Shown here in pieces: positions 9,952-20,596 of a DNA stretch of 64,000 nt. Made by a program: the position numbers and the translations under genes. Each line of letters starts with the position of its first letter. Positions within the stretch are counted from its first letter, which is position 1. The notes beneath the pieces were generated by a model that saw only the letters and a list, made by a program, of their open reading frames with translations, was not told the origin of the DNA and did no database searches. This DNA is from a virus. The stretch lies in IMG/VR virus record IMGVR_UViG_3300050821_018050, positions 1 to 64,000 of that record. The stretch is one strand, 5' to 3'.

Positions 9952-12900
9952 TATCACTACACCAGAAATTAAACAACCTGAAATGGTACAAGATCAATGG
10001 GAGCCATCTATGAACGATGCCTCTGATTTTGCAAATACCTCGGCCCCTCCTGCATGGCTACATGAAAATGTATCAAGGTCTTTAAATGAAAATGCAGATC
10101 CATATGATTTAGCGGAAGCTGTTAAAAATCCCGCTACCCCCGAAAAAACCTTAGATTTAATTCACAGTCATTTTAAAAATAACCCCGATGATTCCGAATC
10201 CTTTTCTGATCGCCCAATGACTGCCCTATTGGAACATCCAAAAGCAAAAGTGGAATGGGCTAGAGATATTTTAGACCGTAAACGGGCTGGGGAAGATATT
10301 CATGGCGGTCATCTTAGAGCTGCGATGAAGCATAAAGAAATTACACAGAATGAATTAAATGATCTTGTGGGTAGCAGCATGCAAAATCCCAAAGACCGCG
10401 CTCAGCTTGATGCATCCCGCACAGATCCATCTTTTCTTTTAGAGCAGCATAAACAATTGGACTCTCAATCAGACTCTGGTGATCAGCCCTGGGGTGATTC
10501 TAAAAAAGAACATTACTTGCAAGAAATCGCTAATCATCCAGGACATACACCCGAAACCCTTGAAGCTACTCGAAAACTTCTCATGAACCATTCGGGTGGC
10601 TATGCGAATGCACAAAATTTTTTAGAAAATCAAAAAGGATTAAATCATAATCAAATTGAGGAATTCTACAATCATCATCAGCCAAAAGCAGTTGAAGAAA
10701 GAGATGATAGACAATTAGCAGAAACCGCATTTAACCATCCAAATGTAGATCCATCATTTATCGCTTCTCGTGCAACCGCAGGTTCTGACGGTGAACGTAG
10801 CGCAGCACTTGAAAGTGAAAAGTTGCCACATGAGAACCAATTAAAGGCAATGAACGAAGGTTTCGCTAATCCAGATATTGATGATCATTATCATTTAGCA
10901 AATAATCCAAATCTACCGCCAGATATAGCTAGCCGCTTACTAGAAGCCCATGGTCCTCATGTATTAGGTGGAAAATATTTAAATCATCCCAATTTACCAG
11001 AGCAAGCAATTGCTCAGGCTTGGGAAAATTCAGCAAAAACACCAAAAGATGCAAAAGCTTTTTTAGCGCGTAAAACATTACCGACAAAAGTTTTATCAGA
11101 TATCGTGACTTCTGGTAAACCAGCTGACGCAGCTAAAGCAGTTAATCATCCAAGTGCCGATCAATCATTGATCGATTTAGCGTCACAAAGAAAAGCTAAA
11201 GACGTACAAGCTGCTGTCGCCAAACACCCTCTTGGGCAAGAAAAGCATTTAGGCAATCATATCTTGTCTGGTAAAATGCCAGCATCTGAATATATTAATG
11301 AACATGATGAAAAAGTTTCTCCCGAAGTTCAAATTAAAGCTCATCAAATGTTTGCAAATAAGATTTCAGACCCAAAAAATGCAGATTATTCAGATTCCAA
11401 TCAAAATGCATCAGCTTATTGGCTATACCATTCTCCGCATGTTAGTGATGAGCAAAAAGAAGCCTTAGTAAATCGTTCTTTATCTCAAAATAAAGACATG
11501 ACTAATTCTTTAGCGTGGCATTCTACAAATCTAAAAGCCCATGCTAAGTTATTAACAGATGCTGCAGATGAAGGAAATGTTGAAGCTGGTAAAGCAGTCT
11601 TAACTAATCCTAAACTATTTACTAATGCAGATCTTGATGAAGCACAAAATCCAAAATTTTTAAACAGCGCAGTTAATATGGCTACTCATCCAGATGCTAT
11701 TAGAAATGATGGTATCCAAGGTCAATTAGCTGGCGCACTGTTATCAAATCCAAATTTAGAAACAGAACAAGTTAAAAAATTAATAGATACCCATGGCCAC
11801 AAATTAATGACAGAGATTAGCAAAGGGCATCTTTTGCCCCATCTTCATGGTAAAACTCCAGAAGAAAGACATGCATTTTTTCAAGATTTGTCCACTACTC
11901 CAAATGGTAAATTAGCCACCCTCGTATCACCCGAATCTCCAGCTGATTTAAAAGCGCACGCTATTAATTCGATGAATACAGAAGAATTGATTAATTTCAC
12001 AAAAAATGCACCAGAAAATAGCGTTATATCGGCTTTCCGTACATTACCAGTAGATCAACGAATCGCCATGGTTAAAGGATCCCATAATGATAATTTATAT
12101 GGGGATAATAATGCGGTTCCCGCCACTGCATTGCATACATTGACTCCAGAAGAGGCTCCCCTTAGTAGTATTTTAAATGGATCTAAATCAGAAGATGTAA
12201 GTAATATTATTAAAAACCTTCCAGACTCATATTCAGGAGTCCATGATCCAAAAGCTGATGCTATTATGGTTAATCAGCATCCAGAAGCTCTTCCTGCTTA
12301 TAATTTATATTCTATGGGAAGAGGCGATGCTGCGACCCACTTTTTTCATGATAGAATTATGCCACATTTAAATGAAGATAATGCATATGCTGCTCTTAAT
12401 TCATTAATGTCTAGTAAAAATTTTACGGGCACTGTAGATGACGTAGACGCGATTGCAGATTCAGCAAAAACTCCATATTTGTCGGATGCTGCTCGCGCAA
12501 ACCTTGTAGTAAGAGCAATGCATAAAAGATTGCTTAGTCCATATTGGACTGCTGAATCATTTAATTTGCCAGGTGTAGGTAAAGAATTATTAGATTCAGA
12601 TAATTTAATTAGTGATAAACAAAAATTAAATATTATTAATGATATGGTTTCAAAGCCTAATGTAGATCCAGAAGATTTCACTGCTGCAATTGATGCAGTA
12701 AAACGCCGTGGGTTATTAGCAGAAAGTCCAAATAAAGAAGAAGATAAAGTTTTTGATGGCATGATAAATCATGCATTTAATCATCATAATCAGAATACTG
12801 CAGATGATATTTCTACAATTGTTTCTGCATACACATCTGGGAAAAAAGCTGACAAAGTTGTTAAAACTTTAGGTGATATTTTTCATAAAGTCAACTCGTC

Positions 12901-15900
12901 TAGTCTTCCTCCTGAAGCAAAACATAAAATCATAATTGATTCTTACAATAAATCTTTAGAACTTGCTGCCATTGGTCAATATGGGCCTATCGCATATGGG
13001 TTAGCAGAACCCGTAGCTGATTCAATCATGGCTAATAATGATTTATCTGAACTTTTTAAACAAGGTACTAATGGAACAGCATCATCTCCAATATTTATTG
13101 ACGCCATGAATAAAATAGCTTCTGAACCGCAATTGTTAAACCCAGATGATCTTAATAGTCTTTATAGCAATATTTTGCAGTCCTCTGGTAATGCTAATTT
13201 AACGTCACAAAATTTTGCTAAAGTTTTAGATGCAGGGATCGATAGCGGCAATAAAGATATACAAGAATCGGCTGGTGCAGTACTTTCTAAAGGAATTGAG
13301 TATTCTGGCAAAATGGATCCTGAAAATTTTGATTCTATGGTTAAAACCGGATTCAAGAAAATGCACAGTCTTCCTCCAGAAGTCAAAGATCGTGTGGCAG
13401 TTTCTATTGCAACTTCTACAGCATCACCCGGCGATCGTTTGCGTGCATTGCATTTAATTAGTGATCAAGCTAACCGCCAAGTAAACATAAACAAAGATAT
13501 TCTTAATAGTGATGATATGATTGCCAAAGCTCGTACAGCACCATGGGCAGCTACTCAGCTTACAAATCGATTTAAAGAATTAAGCCCAGAATTTCAAGAC
13601 AAAGCGGCTGATTCAATTGCTGACGGAATGCTTAATAGTAATGCCGATGAGCATACAAGGTCTAGCGTAGTTAGCCATATTATATCTAAAGCTGGCTCGA
13701 CTATTTCGTCTACTGCTGTTAAAAAACTTTTTTCTCCGCTAAATTTCGATTCTCAGACCAGCGTTCTTTCCAATATGCCTGGATCCGAATTTGGTTCATA
13801 CTCTGCTATTTCAGATCAATATTTAGCTAATGCGAAATTATCAGCTTACCAAAACATTGACCCTAATACTGGTCAGGAAAACCTGGACCCAACAAAAACT
13901 TTAGATGCCATTCAAGCAATGAGGATGCTTTTACCGAAAGCAGACAACTTTGGGGATGCTGATAAAAGTGCTGTGATTAATATGCAGAATGAATCTGCTA
14001 AAATGATTGATCACTTATTGAATCGTAAAGATCTCGATATCAATCAAAACAGTGCTTTGATCGAACATCTTGGTGGATTACTGACCAGCAACTTCTCAAA
14101 AGAGCATTTAGACGCTGCCACATTGAATAAAACTATTTCGAGTGCTTTAGCTAAAGGAGCTGAAGGAGAAGTACGTATTAGCCCTGCTTTAGAACGTCAC
14201 ATGATACGATATCAAGGAATAGACAATAAAAATATTGAATCTTTAGCCACTAGCCAGCCCGCTATTATTGCTCATTTAGCATCTAATCCAAATATGGATG
14301 CCAACAAAATTGATATTATTAATAAGGTACTTACTGATTCAAATATTAAAAAACTCGATGATACGACGCTTAAAATAATTGCAAGTAATATGATGAAAGG
14401 TGCTCAAGCTACAGGAACATCACATCAAGCTCTTAATGTTGCTATTCGCAGTTTGAAACACACAGATGAATCAGCAAGAGACCAGTTTCTAGTCGATTTA
14501 GCACCTTTAGATTCCGATAATGTCCAATATATGTTAGACACAGGGTTTGCAACCCCCACTATGTTAGCTGAATCTAATCATGGTGGTAAAAAGGTATATG
14601 AACAGTTTCTAAAAAATCATACACCAACATTTAATTCAATTATATGTAATAATGATCATTTTGATGATCGCGGAGCAGACAAAATAATCCAACATTCATC
14701 TGAAAATGATGTGGGTGAAAATGTTAGATTTATGCTACAAAATTCATCCGGTAAATTATCTAAGCAGAAGTTTGATGAAATTTGCGAAAAGTTTCCTTCT
14801 GTAGTTAAAGAAAATCCAGATGTTATATGCAAATCTCCGCATTTAGATTTTAATTCAATTCAAAATCTTCATAAACAAATCGCCCCAGATTACTCAAAAT
14901 TTATTGAACGCGGCAATAATTTCGCTCCAACCTATATAAACGTAAAATATGGTGCAAAGGTTTTTCGTGAAAATTACCCACAAACTCTGCCCGAAAAGAT
15001 TGATAACATTAATTCGCGTAAATTGCTGAAATCGCAATCTTCTCGAAATGGCGCGGATCGTCTACAGCAAGCTATGGCTGTTATCCCGCCACAGGGGGTT
15101 GCTTGGGGTGAGTTTAAAAAGGCTAATAAACAAATGGAAAGTTGGCCTGAAGTTAAAGCTTTGTTCATGTCCAAAAATAATAAGCCTGTAATGCCGGAAG
15201 ACATAGCTCAAGCAATTGCTAAAATCCCCGAGCAGCAATACCATATCACTTACGATAGTTGGGAAGGTGTGCAACGCCACAATGATAAGAAAAATTTAGT
15301 TGTGCAATTGAATACTGGCGAGTCATTCGACAAGACCCTTGGCGAAGATCCTAAATTGTGGAATTTCTACCAAATGGTGCAACAATCCGCCAATGGAACT
15401 AATGGCCAAGGAAGCTCTCATCCAGTTACTCCTCACACAGTCGGATGGGTGCGCATTGATACCTCTTCTCCAGAACATTTCATGGTGGAAGAATTTCAGT
15501 CGGATTTCAACCAAAAACTGAAAAAACACATTAAGGCTGCTTTTGAGAAAAATCCAAAAGGTACAGTTTCATTTGGGGGCCAATCTTATACTCACGAAGA
15601 AGCTGACGAATATATCGATAAAATCGAGAAAGCCTTCGAGGGTTGGATGCCAACTGCATACCAAGCTGTGGAAGCTTTAGCAAAAAAACAAGGGGTAAAG
15701 AAAATCTTTGTTCATGGCGTGGGCGTAAGAAAACAATTATCGGGAGTTTCCCCGGAACAGCACGTAGCTACTTTTGATGAGGCTTATAAAAAACAACCGC
15801 AAAAAATGGGATATCAACAATGTAATTATTCAGATTATCCATCTTTTAACCCAGATATTCAAAATAAAAACATCGATAAAAAATGCTGGGTAAAAGATAT

Positions 15901-15907
15901 TTCTTAA
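9938..15907 (+). CDS. Giant helical-repeat protein with C-terminal EEFQSD domain; probable internal head/ejected protein
   Basis: 1989 aa; many HPN/NPN helical repeats; C-terminal SH...GWVR...EEFQSD motif of the kind seen in large phage polyvalent proteins. Confidence 0.6.
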   Translation: MPDANITTPEIKQPEMVQDQWEPSMNDASDFANTSAPPAWLHENVSRSLNENADPYDLAEAVKNPATPEKTLDLIHSHFKNNPDDSESFSDRPMTALLEHPKAKVEWARDILDRKRAGEDIHGGHLRAAMKHKEITQNELNDLVGSSMQNPKDRAQLDASRTDPSFLLEQHKQLDSQSDSGDQPWGDSKKEHYLQEIANHPGHTPETLEATRKLLMNHSGGYANAQNFLENQKGLNHNQIEEFYNHHQPKAVEERDDRQLAETAFNHPNVDPSFIASRATAGSDGERSAALESEKLPHENQLKAMNEGFANPDIDDHYHLANNPNLPPDIASRLLEAHGPHVLGGKYLNHPNLPEQAIAQAWENSAKTPKDAKAFLARKTLPTKVLSDIVTSGKPADAAKAVNHPSADQSLIDLASQRKAKDVQAAVAKHPLGQEKHLGNHILSGKMPASEYINEHDEKVSPEVQIKAHQMFANKISDPKNADYSDSNQNASAYWLYHSPHVSDEQKEALVNRSLSQNKDMTNSLAWHSTNLKAHAKLLTDAADEGNVEAGKAVLTNPKLFTNADLDEAQNPKFLNSAVNMATHPDAIRNDGIQGQLAGALLSNPNLETEQVKKLIDTHGHKLMTEISKGHLLPHLHGKTPEERHAFFQDLSTTPNGKLATLVSPESPADLKAHAINSMNTEELINFTKNAPENSVISAFRTLPVDQRIAMVKGSHNDNLYGDNNAVPATALHTLTPEEAPLSSILNGSKSEDVSNIIKNLPDSYSGVHDPKADAIMVNQHPEALPAYNLYSMGRGDAATHFFHDRIMPHLNEDNAYAALNSLMSSKNFTGTVDDVDAIADSAKTPYLSDAARANLVVRAMHKRLLSPYWTAESFNLPGVGKELLDSDNLISDKQKLNIINDMVSKPNVDPEDFTAAIDAVKRRGLLAESPNKEEDKVFDGMINHAFNHHNQNTADDISTIVSAYTSGKKADKVVKTLGDIFHKVNSSSLPPEAKHKIIIDSYNKSLELAAIGQYGPIAYGLAEPVADSIMANNDLSELFKQGTNGTASSPIFIDAMNKIASEPQLLNPDDLNSLYSNILQSSGNANLTSQNFAKVLDAGIDSGNKDIQESAGAVLSKGIEYSGKMDPENFDSMVKTGFKKMHSLPPEVKDRVAVSIATSTASPGDRLRALHLISDQANRQVNINKDILNSDDMIAKARTAPWAATQLTNRFKELSPEFQDKAADSIADGMLNSNADEHTRSSVVSHIISKAGSTISSTAVKKLFSPLNFDSQTSVLSNMPGSEFGSYSAISDQYLANAKLSAYQNIDPNTGQENLDPTKTLDAIQAMRMLLPKADNFGDADKSAVINMQNESAKMIDHLLNRKDLDINQNSALIEHLGGLLTSNFSKEHLDAATLNKTISSALAKGAEGEVRISPALERHMIRYQGIDNKNIESLATSQPAIIAHLASNPNMDANKIDIINKVLTDSNIKKLDDTTLKIIASNMMKGAQATGTSHQALNVAIRSLKHTDESARDQFLVDLAPLDSDNVQYMLDTGFATPTMLAESNHGGKKVYEQFLKNHTPTFNSIICNNDHFDDRGADKIIQHSSENDVGENVRFMLQNSSGKLSKQKFDEICEKFPSVVKENPDVICKSPHLDFNSIQNLHKQIAPDYSKFIERGNNFAPTYINVKYGAKVFRENYPQTLPEKIDNINSRKLLKSQSSRNGADRLQQAMAVIPPQGVAWGEFKKANKQMESWPEVKALFMSKNNKPVMPEDIAQAIAKIPEQQYHITYDSWEGVQRHNDKKNLVVQLNTGESFDKTLGEDPKLWNFYQMVQQSANGTNGQGSSHPVTPHTVGWVRIDTSSPEHFMVEEFQSDFNQKLKKHIKAAFEKNPKGTVSFGGQSYTHEEADEYIDKIEKAFEGWMPTAYQAVEALAKKQGVKKIFVHGVGVRKQLSGVSPEQHVATFDEAYKKQPQKMGYQQCNYSDYPSFNPDIQNKNIDKKCWVKDIS

Positions 15908-16251
15908 ATTGGGAATAGTTCGGAGAATACCCAGAAGTTTCTAAATTTTTGTACATAGCTGCCAATGTTCGAATAATACCCGAAACCAATTTTATTACAT
16001 TTGAGATCGTTGTCGTATTTTACTCCTCCGATCTCGATTGGTACCCCTGCAAGATTCGCCTCTGCTCGCCAACAAATTCCATAAAATCTATGACGATTGC
16101 CAGGGACCGGTATTTGCCACTCGTCTTGTGATGTGATAATATTGGATATCACTGAAAATAAAGCAGGACGAACATTGATAAACCAATCGTCTCGGGCTTC
16201 GGCGTAATCAACGATAAAAAGTATAATACGTTTTTCTAAATCATTAAGCAT
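15904..16251 (-). CDS. Hypothetical protein, LExRI family
   Basis: 115 aa, starts MLNDLEKRIILFI. Confidence 0.65.
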   Translation of the reverse strand: MLNDLEKRIILFIVDYAEARDDWFINVRPALFSVISNIITSQDEWQIPVPGNRHRFYGICWRAEANLAGVPIEIGGVKYDNDLKCNKIGFGYYSNIGSYVQKFRNFWVFSELFPI

Positions 16252-16573
16252 ATTTATAGGTTATTGATAAAATGACATTATCGGTGAAATAAATGAGATA
16301 ATCGTGCGAGTCGTGAACTGAACTTAAATTCCAAGTTAGATCAGAGTCATCTGTATCGTCGAATATTTTCGCATAAGCCGCGCCATAGTAAAGAAAATTA
16401 TTGTCGGTATTACGAAATATCATTTCTAAGTAACTAACTATTGCTATAGCAATAGAATCACCAAACCCTATATCTGATACCATTAAGTTAATAAAATCCG
16501 GTCCTTTGGCGCACCATTGATTCCCGTCGCGATCAAGCGATATTTGAAGTCGATCCCATTTTCTGAAGTTCAT
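16244..16573 (-). CDS. Hypothetical protein with HicB-like N-terminal motif
   Basis: DGNQWCAKGPDF.NL....GFGDS...AI resembles the HicB N-domain; ATG 16573 has SD GAGG. Confidence 0.45.
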   Translation of the reverse strand: MNFRKWDRLQISLDRDGNQWCAKGPDFINLMVSDIGFGDSIAIAIVSYLEMIFRNTDNNFLYYGAAYAKIFDDTDDSDLTWNLSSVHDSHDYLIYFTDNVILSITYKYA

Positions 16574-16673
16574 ACAATTCCTCAAGCATATCTACTAGTT
16601 GCTCATTCGTAGGTTTTTCGCTAGTAGTCGGTTCAGTATATTCATATGAAAAAATCAGAGATTTATCTTCCAT
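16533..16673 (-). CDS. Small acidic protein, 46 aa (not in ORF track)
   Basis: MEDKSLIFSYEY...STSNIA*; TTGCCA-N17-TATATT, 6 nt, then ATG. Confidence 0.6.
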   Translation of the reverse strand: MEDKSLIFSYEYTEPTTSEKPTNEQLVDMLEELYELQKMGSTSNIA

Positions 16674-16818
16674 ATAACAAATATAACATTAAATATATTA
16701 TTTGGCAATATATTTTTTACTTTTATTGGATAAATTTAGTGCGAGCATCCTGATAGTTCGATATGTACCGAACTTTTGTTCCCAGGTTAGAGCCGTGTAA
16801 AATTCTAGTATACGATCC

Positions 16819-17118
16819 TCAAGAGCCCTTGACATAATGCCTGTTAGGATTCCCCTTGCCATGACTTTCTACGAAAATGACGTATCCGCGCTTGTATCGA
16901 ACACCATGCTCTTCGTCTTCGGCCATAACCATTTCAACCTGAGCTAAAACATAAGGAATTTTTCTTTTTTCGAGACCATCTTCTAATTCTTCGATATCGA
17001 CCATACTCATTGGATCATTGAAAGAATGTAATTTGTTGATAAAAATCTTTTCATTGAGATATTTATGAGAGTCAACTATGACTTTGATATTACTGTACTT
17101 TTGATTTTCTTTGTTCAT
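16819..17118 (-). CDS. Hypothetical protein
   Basis: 99 aa; SD AAGGT; upstream TTGACA(17194-17189)-N17-TAAGTT. Confidence 0.7.
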   Translation of the reverse strand: MNKENQKYSNIKVIVDSHKYLNEKIFINKLHSFNDPMSMVDIEELEDGLEKRKIPYVLAQVEMVMAEDEEHGVRYKRGYVIFVESHGKGNPNRHYVKGS

Positions 17119-17241
17119 TTTTAGTCTACCTTAACTAGTTTTATTAAAACGTCCCGTTTCTTATTAACTTATCATAATGTCAAGATATTGTCAACAAAAT
17201 AAACACTAGGATATTTAGAGTCGATTTTTCGCAAAATCTAT

Positions 17242-17251
17242 CCTAATAATT
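17242..17251 (+). promoter_or_regulatory. Variant late promoter element CCTAATAATT
   Basis: One mismatch to the recurrent motif; upstream of the capsid operon. Confidence 0.6.
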
Positions 17252-17302
17252 ACTTGAGGTTGAGCATAAGCCAACCGTAACTTTACTTTTAAGGAGTAAA
17301 CA

Positions 17303-17761
17303 ATGAGTGTTTTTAAAGCTGCGGCTCATATGCGTGATTTGCAACAACGTTTGCAAAACATTTTGCCAGACGCTACTATTTTTACGGCCAATGTCGATCC
17401 AACTGATGGAATGCCGACTTTGACTATTTTAACCGAAGCCGAAAACGAAAATGTTAAAATTTACGTTGACGGTAATGCAGGTCGTGTAGATGGATTGGGA
17501 TTGCCACAACAAGCATATAGCCCACACATCTGTTCTATCGTGCAAGATTCAGCTACCGCTGATGCTGCTGAATTCAAATCAAGAGCAAATATTGTAGCTG
17601 CTGCTGCAAAACTTGGTATGAAAGTAATTTTAACTAAAGCTGCTTCTGCTGGCGCTGCCACTACTTGGGCACTTGCTCAAGCTGCTGTAACTGCTGACAG
17701 TGGTGCTATTTCAATCACAATGCCAAGCGATGATATCAATCCATTAACGATGTCGCAATAA
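17303..17761 (+). CDS. Probable head structural protein
   Basis: 152 aa, strong SD AAGGAG, first gene of the scaffold-MCP operon. Confidence 0.55.
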   Translation: MSVFKAAAHMRDLQQRLQNILPDATIFTANVDPTDGMPTLTILTEAENENVKIYVDGNAGRVDGLGLPQQAYSPHICSIVQDSATADAAEFKSRANIVAAAAKLGMKVILTKAASAGAATTWALAQAAVTADSGAISITMPSDDINPLTMSQ

Positions 17762-17779
17762 GGTTAGGGGGAAATCAAT

Positions 17780-18634
17780 ATGAAATTCTCAGACCAAGAA
17801 ATCGACGCATTGTTAGCCTCTGTTGAGGATGCAATGGCTCAAGCTGATAAGCTTGCAAAGTCTATGCCAGGAGCACACCCACAAGTCGCGCCTGCAAAAC
17901 CTATGATGGCTCCTAAGCCAGTTATGGGCACTGCAGCGCCAATGGCAGCTCCTATGAAAAAAGAAGGCGAAGATGAGCAAGCCGCTCCTGATGCCGTAGC
18001 TCCCGAAGCTGCTGCACCAGAAGCCGCTCCTGCAGCCCCGGCTCCTGATGCTGCCCCTGATGCACCGCAAGGTGATGATCAGTTGCAAGCAGATGCCCAA
18101 GATCAAGGTGAAATCTCTGATGAAGAGCTTCAACAAATCTATGCATCAATGGATCCAGCAGAGCTTCAACGCCATTGTGCTATTATTCAATCGCTTATGG
18201 GCCAATCTGACGCCGCTCCTGAAGCAGCACCTGCTGCACCAGAAGCTGCCCCAGCTCCAGAAGCTCCAGCCGCATCACCAGATGCTATGAAGGCTGAAGG
18301 TTGTGCAGATGATGAAGAAATGGGTAAATCAGAAGGTTTCAAGAAATTGAAAGCCGAAAATGATGCTCTCAAAAAATCACTCGACAAAGTTGTAGCTGCT
18401 ATGGGGAACGCTTTCAAGCCAACCCGTAAAGCTGTAACCAACATTGAGTACATCAGTAAATCAGAACAAGCTACCGACGACAAGCCGTTAGTAAAATCTG
18501 AAGTGATTGCGCAACTAAACAAAATCACAGCTTCTCCTAGTCTTTCTAAGTCTGAGAGAATCTCAATTAACGATTTCATCCTCACGGGTGGGTCACAAAA
18601 AGAAGTCAAAAATATCCTTAAAGGAGGAAAATAG
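17780..18634 (+). CDS. Capsid scaffolding protein
   Basis: Acidic A/P-rich linkers (PEAAPA repeats) and coiled coil; many xxKSE sites; directly before MCP. Confidence 0.75.
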   Translation: MKFSDQEIDALLASVEDAMAQADKLAKSMPGAHPQVAPAKPMMAPKPVMGTAAPMAAPMKKEGEDEQAAPDAVAPEAAAPEAAPAAPAPDAAPDAPQGDDQLQADAQDQGEISDEELQQIYASMDPAELQRHCAIIQSLMGQSDAAPEAAPAAPEAAPAPEAPAASPDAMKAEGCADDEEMGKSEGFKKLKAENDALKKSLDKVVAAMGNAFKPTRKAVTNIEYISKSEQATDDKPLVKSEVIAQLNKITASPSLSKSERISINDFILTGGSQKEVKNILKGGK

Positions 18635-18636
18635 TA

Positions 18637-20025
18637 ATGGACTTGATTAAGCAATTAGAATCGCTGGTTAAGACCTTAGAAGCGGGAAATTATAATTCCG
18701 CTCCGGGTACACTGGTACAAGGGTCTGCTTTGCAGTCAGAAGATCTTTCTTCTGTAATGCATAACGTGACCTTCACTCAAGAAGAGATTAAGCTTCAAAA
18801 GCTTTTCGGCAAAAAGAAAGCAAAATCTCTTACAATCCAATTCAATCGCCAACTGTCTTATGGACGTTTCGGCGGATCAGCACAACGCGAAGGCGCTGTG
18901 GGTGATGTTGACGTAGGTGACTACGTTCGTGCTACGGTCCCTATGTGCTTTTATAGCCATGTGCGCCGTGTCACGGAAGCTGCAAATCTCGTAGAAGCAT
19001 TCGACGGTATCAAAGCCGAAGATCGCGAAGCGGAAAACGCAGCAATCAAATTAGCTGCTGATATCGAGTTTGATCTTTTTAAAGGTAAAGCTGATTTCTC
19101 AAATGCAGGTGTATTTGATGGTCATCCGAACGCTATGCCAGAGCTTCCAAATATGCTCGGCTTAGATGCTCAAATCCGTCAGTCTGATATGCTCGTTACA
19201 ACCCAAGACTTGATGTTTGCTGCTTATGGTAGCAATCAATCAGTTGTTCTGGCTCAAAACGCTGCATTAGACCAAATCGTTATCGAAGATGCACGTTTAC
19301 GCGCTCGCTTGAATTTCTCTCAAGCTAAAAATCTTTATATCGATCCATCTGTTCTCTCTAGCTACAATAAAAAAGTAGCTTTAGGAACTGGTGCAAACAG
19401 CCTACAACGCATTGTTCTCGCAGGTGGCCCACAAACGGCTTCTGGTGCGGAACTTCGCGAACAATGGACCAATCACGGTAACGTGAAACTCGAAGAATCA
19501 GATTTCCTTCGTGGTAAAACTGGCCCATTGCGTCCAAACATTGGATCATCTGCTGCTCCAGCAATTACTACCCAACCGGCTGCTTCTGGTTCAGGTTCAC
19601 TTCTCGCTGCAGGCGCTTACATTTATACTGTAACCGCTTCTAACGAACGCGGTGAATCACCAGCTACGGCTTGTGCTTCAGTAACTGTAACTGCAGGTCA
19701 AATCGTTACCTTGACGATCACTGCTCAATCAGGCATCAAGTACTATAGCGTATATCGCGGAACGACTGCAAAAAATGCAGCATTCATCGGTAACGTTGCA
19801 GCAACTGGCGGACCAGTAGTATTTACTGACCTTGGCAATAAAGCGCCAGGTTTCGTAACTGGCTACTTGATCGACGAAAAAACCTGGGAAATGCATGACT
19901 TAGCTCCTTACAGCCGTAAAAAGCTCGCTCAAGCTGACCTTTCTACTCCAGAAGCGCATTACGCGTTTACCACGGTAGCTGGATACCAACCTCGTAAAAA
20001 TGTCATCGTTGACAACTTATTTTAA
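18637..20025 (+). CDS. Major capsid protein (Herelleviridae-like)
   Basis: LVK|TLEAG..APGTLVQGSALQSEDL N-terminus, IEF.LF.G.AD, Ig-like insertion YTVTASNERGES...YSVYR, terminal NV. Confidence 0.88.
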   Translation: MDLIKQLESLVKTLEAGNYNSAPGTLVQGSALQSEDLSSVMHNVTFTQEEIKLQKLFGKKKAKSLTIQFNRQLSYGRFGGSAQREGAVGDVDVGDYVRATVPMCFYSHVRRVTEAANLVEAFDGIKAEDREAENAAIKLAADIEFDLFKGKADFSNAGVFDGHPNAMPELPNMLGLDAQIRQSDMLVTTQDLMFAAYGSNQSVVLAQNAALDQIVIEDARLRARLNFSQAKNLYIDPSVLSSYNKKVALGTGANSLQRIVLAGGPQTASGAELREQWTNHGNVKLEESDFLRGKTGPLRPNIGSSAAPAITTQPAASGSGSLLAAGAYIYTVTASNERGESPATACASVTVTAGQIVTLTITAQSGIKYYSVYRGTTAKNAAFIGNVAATGGPVVFTDLGNKAPGFVTGYLIDEKTWEMHDLAPYSRKKLAQADLSTPEAHYAFTTVAGYQPRKNVIVDNLF

Positions 20026-20048
20026 TTAATAATTTCAAATAGTTATTC

Positions 20049-20082
20049 AAAAGCCTCGGCACTTCGGTTCCGGGGCTTTTTT
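20049..20082 (+). terminator. Rho-independent terminator after MCP
   Basis: AAAAGCCTCGG-CAC-TTCG-GTT-CCGGGGCTTTT-TT; cUUCGg tetraloop and U-tract. Confidence 0.9.
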
Positions 20083-20084
20083 GT

Positions 20085-20113
20085 TTGACTTAGTAGTAAA
20101 AGTATAGTATAAT
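20085..20113 (+). promoter_or_regulatory. sigma70-type promoter, leaderless
   Basis: TTGACT-N17-TATAAT, ATG 6 nt downstream at 20120. Confidence 0.85.
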
Positions 20114-20119
20114 AAATAA

Positions 20120-20596
20120 ATGCGCACCAAAGAGAAAGAACGAGAGTATAATAAAAGAGCATACGAAAAGAATAAAGAAAAACGTAAAGCAGCTGCGAAG
20201 GCTTATCATGAGACCAATAGAGAAATCGTTATTGAAAAAATGAAACGTAGATATGATGATCCAGAATATACTTCCAAAGCTGTGGCTCGCGCCTTAGAAT
20301 GGGATAAATCTCATCCGATGGCAGTAAAGGAAAGAGTTGCAAGGTATACCAAACGCACCCAACCCCAAAAGAATGCCCGCACCGCACTATACCGTGCCCA
20401 AAAACTCCAAGCTACGCCGCCATGGCTCACTATTGAGCAAAAGCGTCAGATCCAGAAGATCTATAAGGATTGCCCACGAGGATATCACGTAGATCACATC
20501 GAACCGCTCAATGGGAAAGATCGTAAAGGTCTGCATGTACCTTGGAATCTCCAAATCTTGCCTAAACTCGATAATTTAAAGAAATCAAATAAATAA
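20120..20596 (+). CDS. HNH endonuclease
   Basis: YHVDHIEPL.G....GLHVPWNLQIL...N..KSNK. Confidence 0.9.
   Translation: MRTKEKEREYNKRAYEKNKEKRKAAAKAYHETNREIVIEKMKRRYDDPEYTSKAVARALEWDKSHPMAVKERVARYTKRTQPQKNARTALYRAQKLQATPPWLTIEQKRQIQKIYKDCPRGYHVDHIEPLNGKDRKGLHVPWNLQILPKLDNLKKSNK

Noticed and set aside
12346-15529. Antisense and alternate-frame ORFs within the giant gene (similar ones lie in sheath, scaffold and spike)
   Set aside because: Shadow ORFs with no promoters or RBS
17980-18290. Short repeated GCT/CCA-rich units as a CRISPR or DNA repeat array
   Set aside because: They encode PEAAPA low-complexity scaffold linkers; no constant repeat-spacer periodicity
19550-19830. Ig-like insertion in the major capsid protein as a novelty
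   Set aside because: Such an insertion is typical of this capsid family
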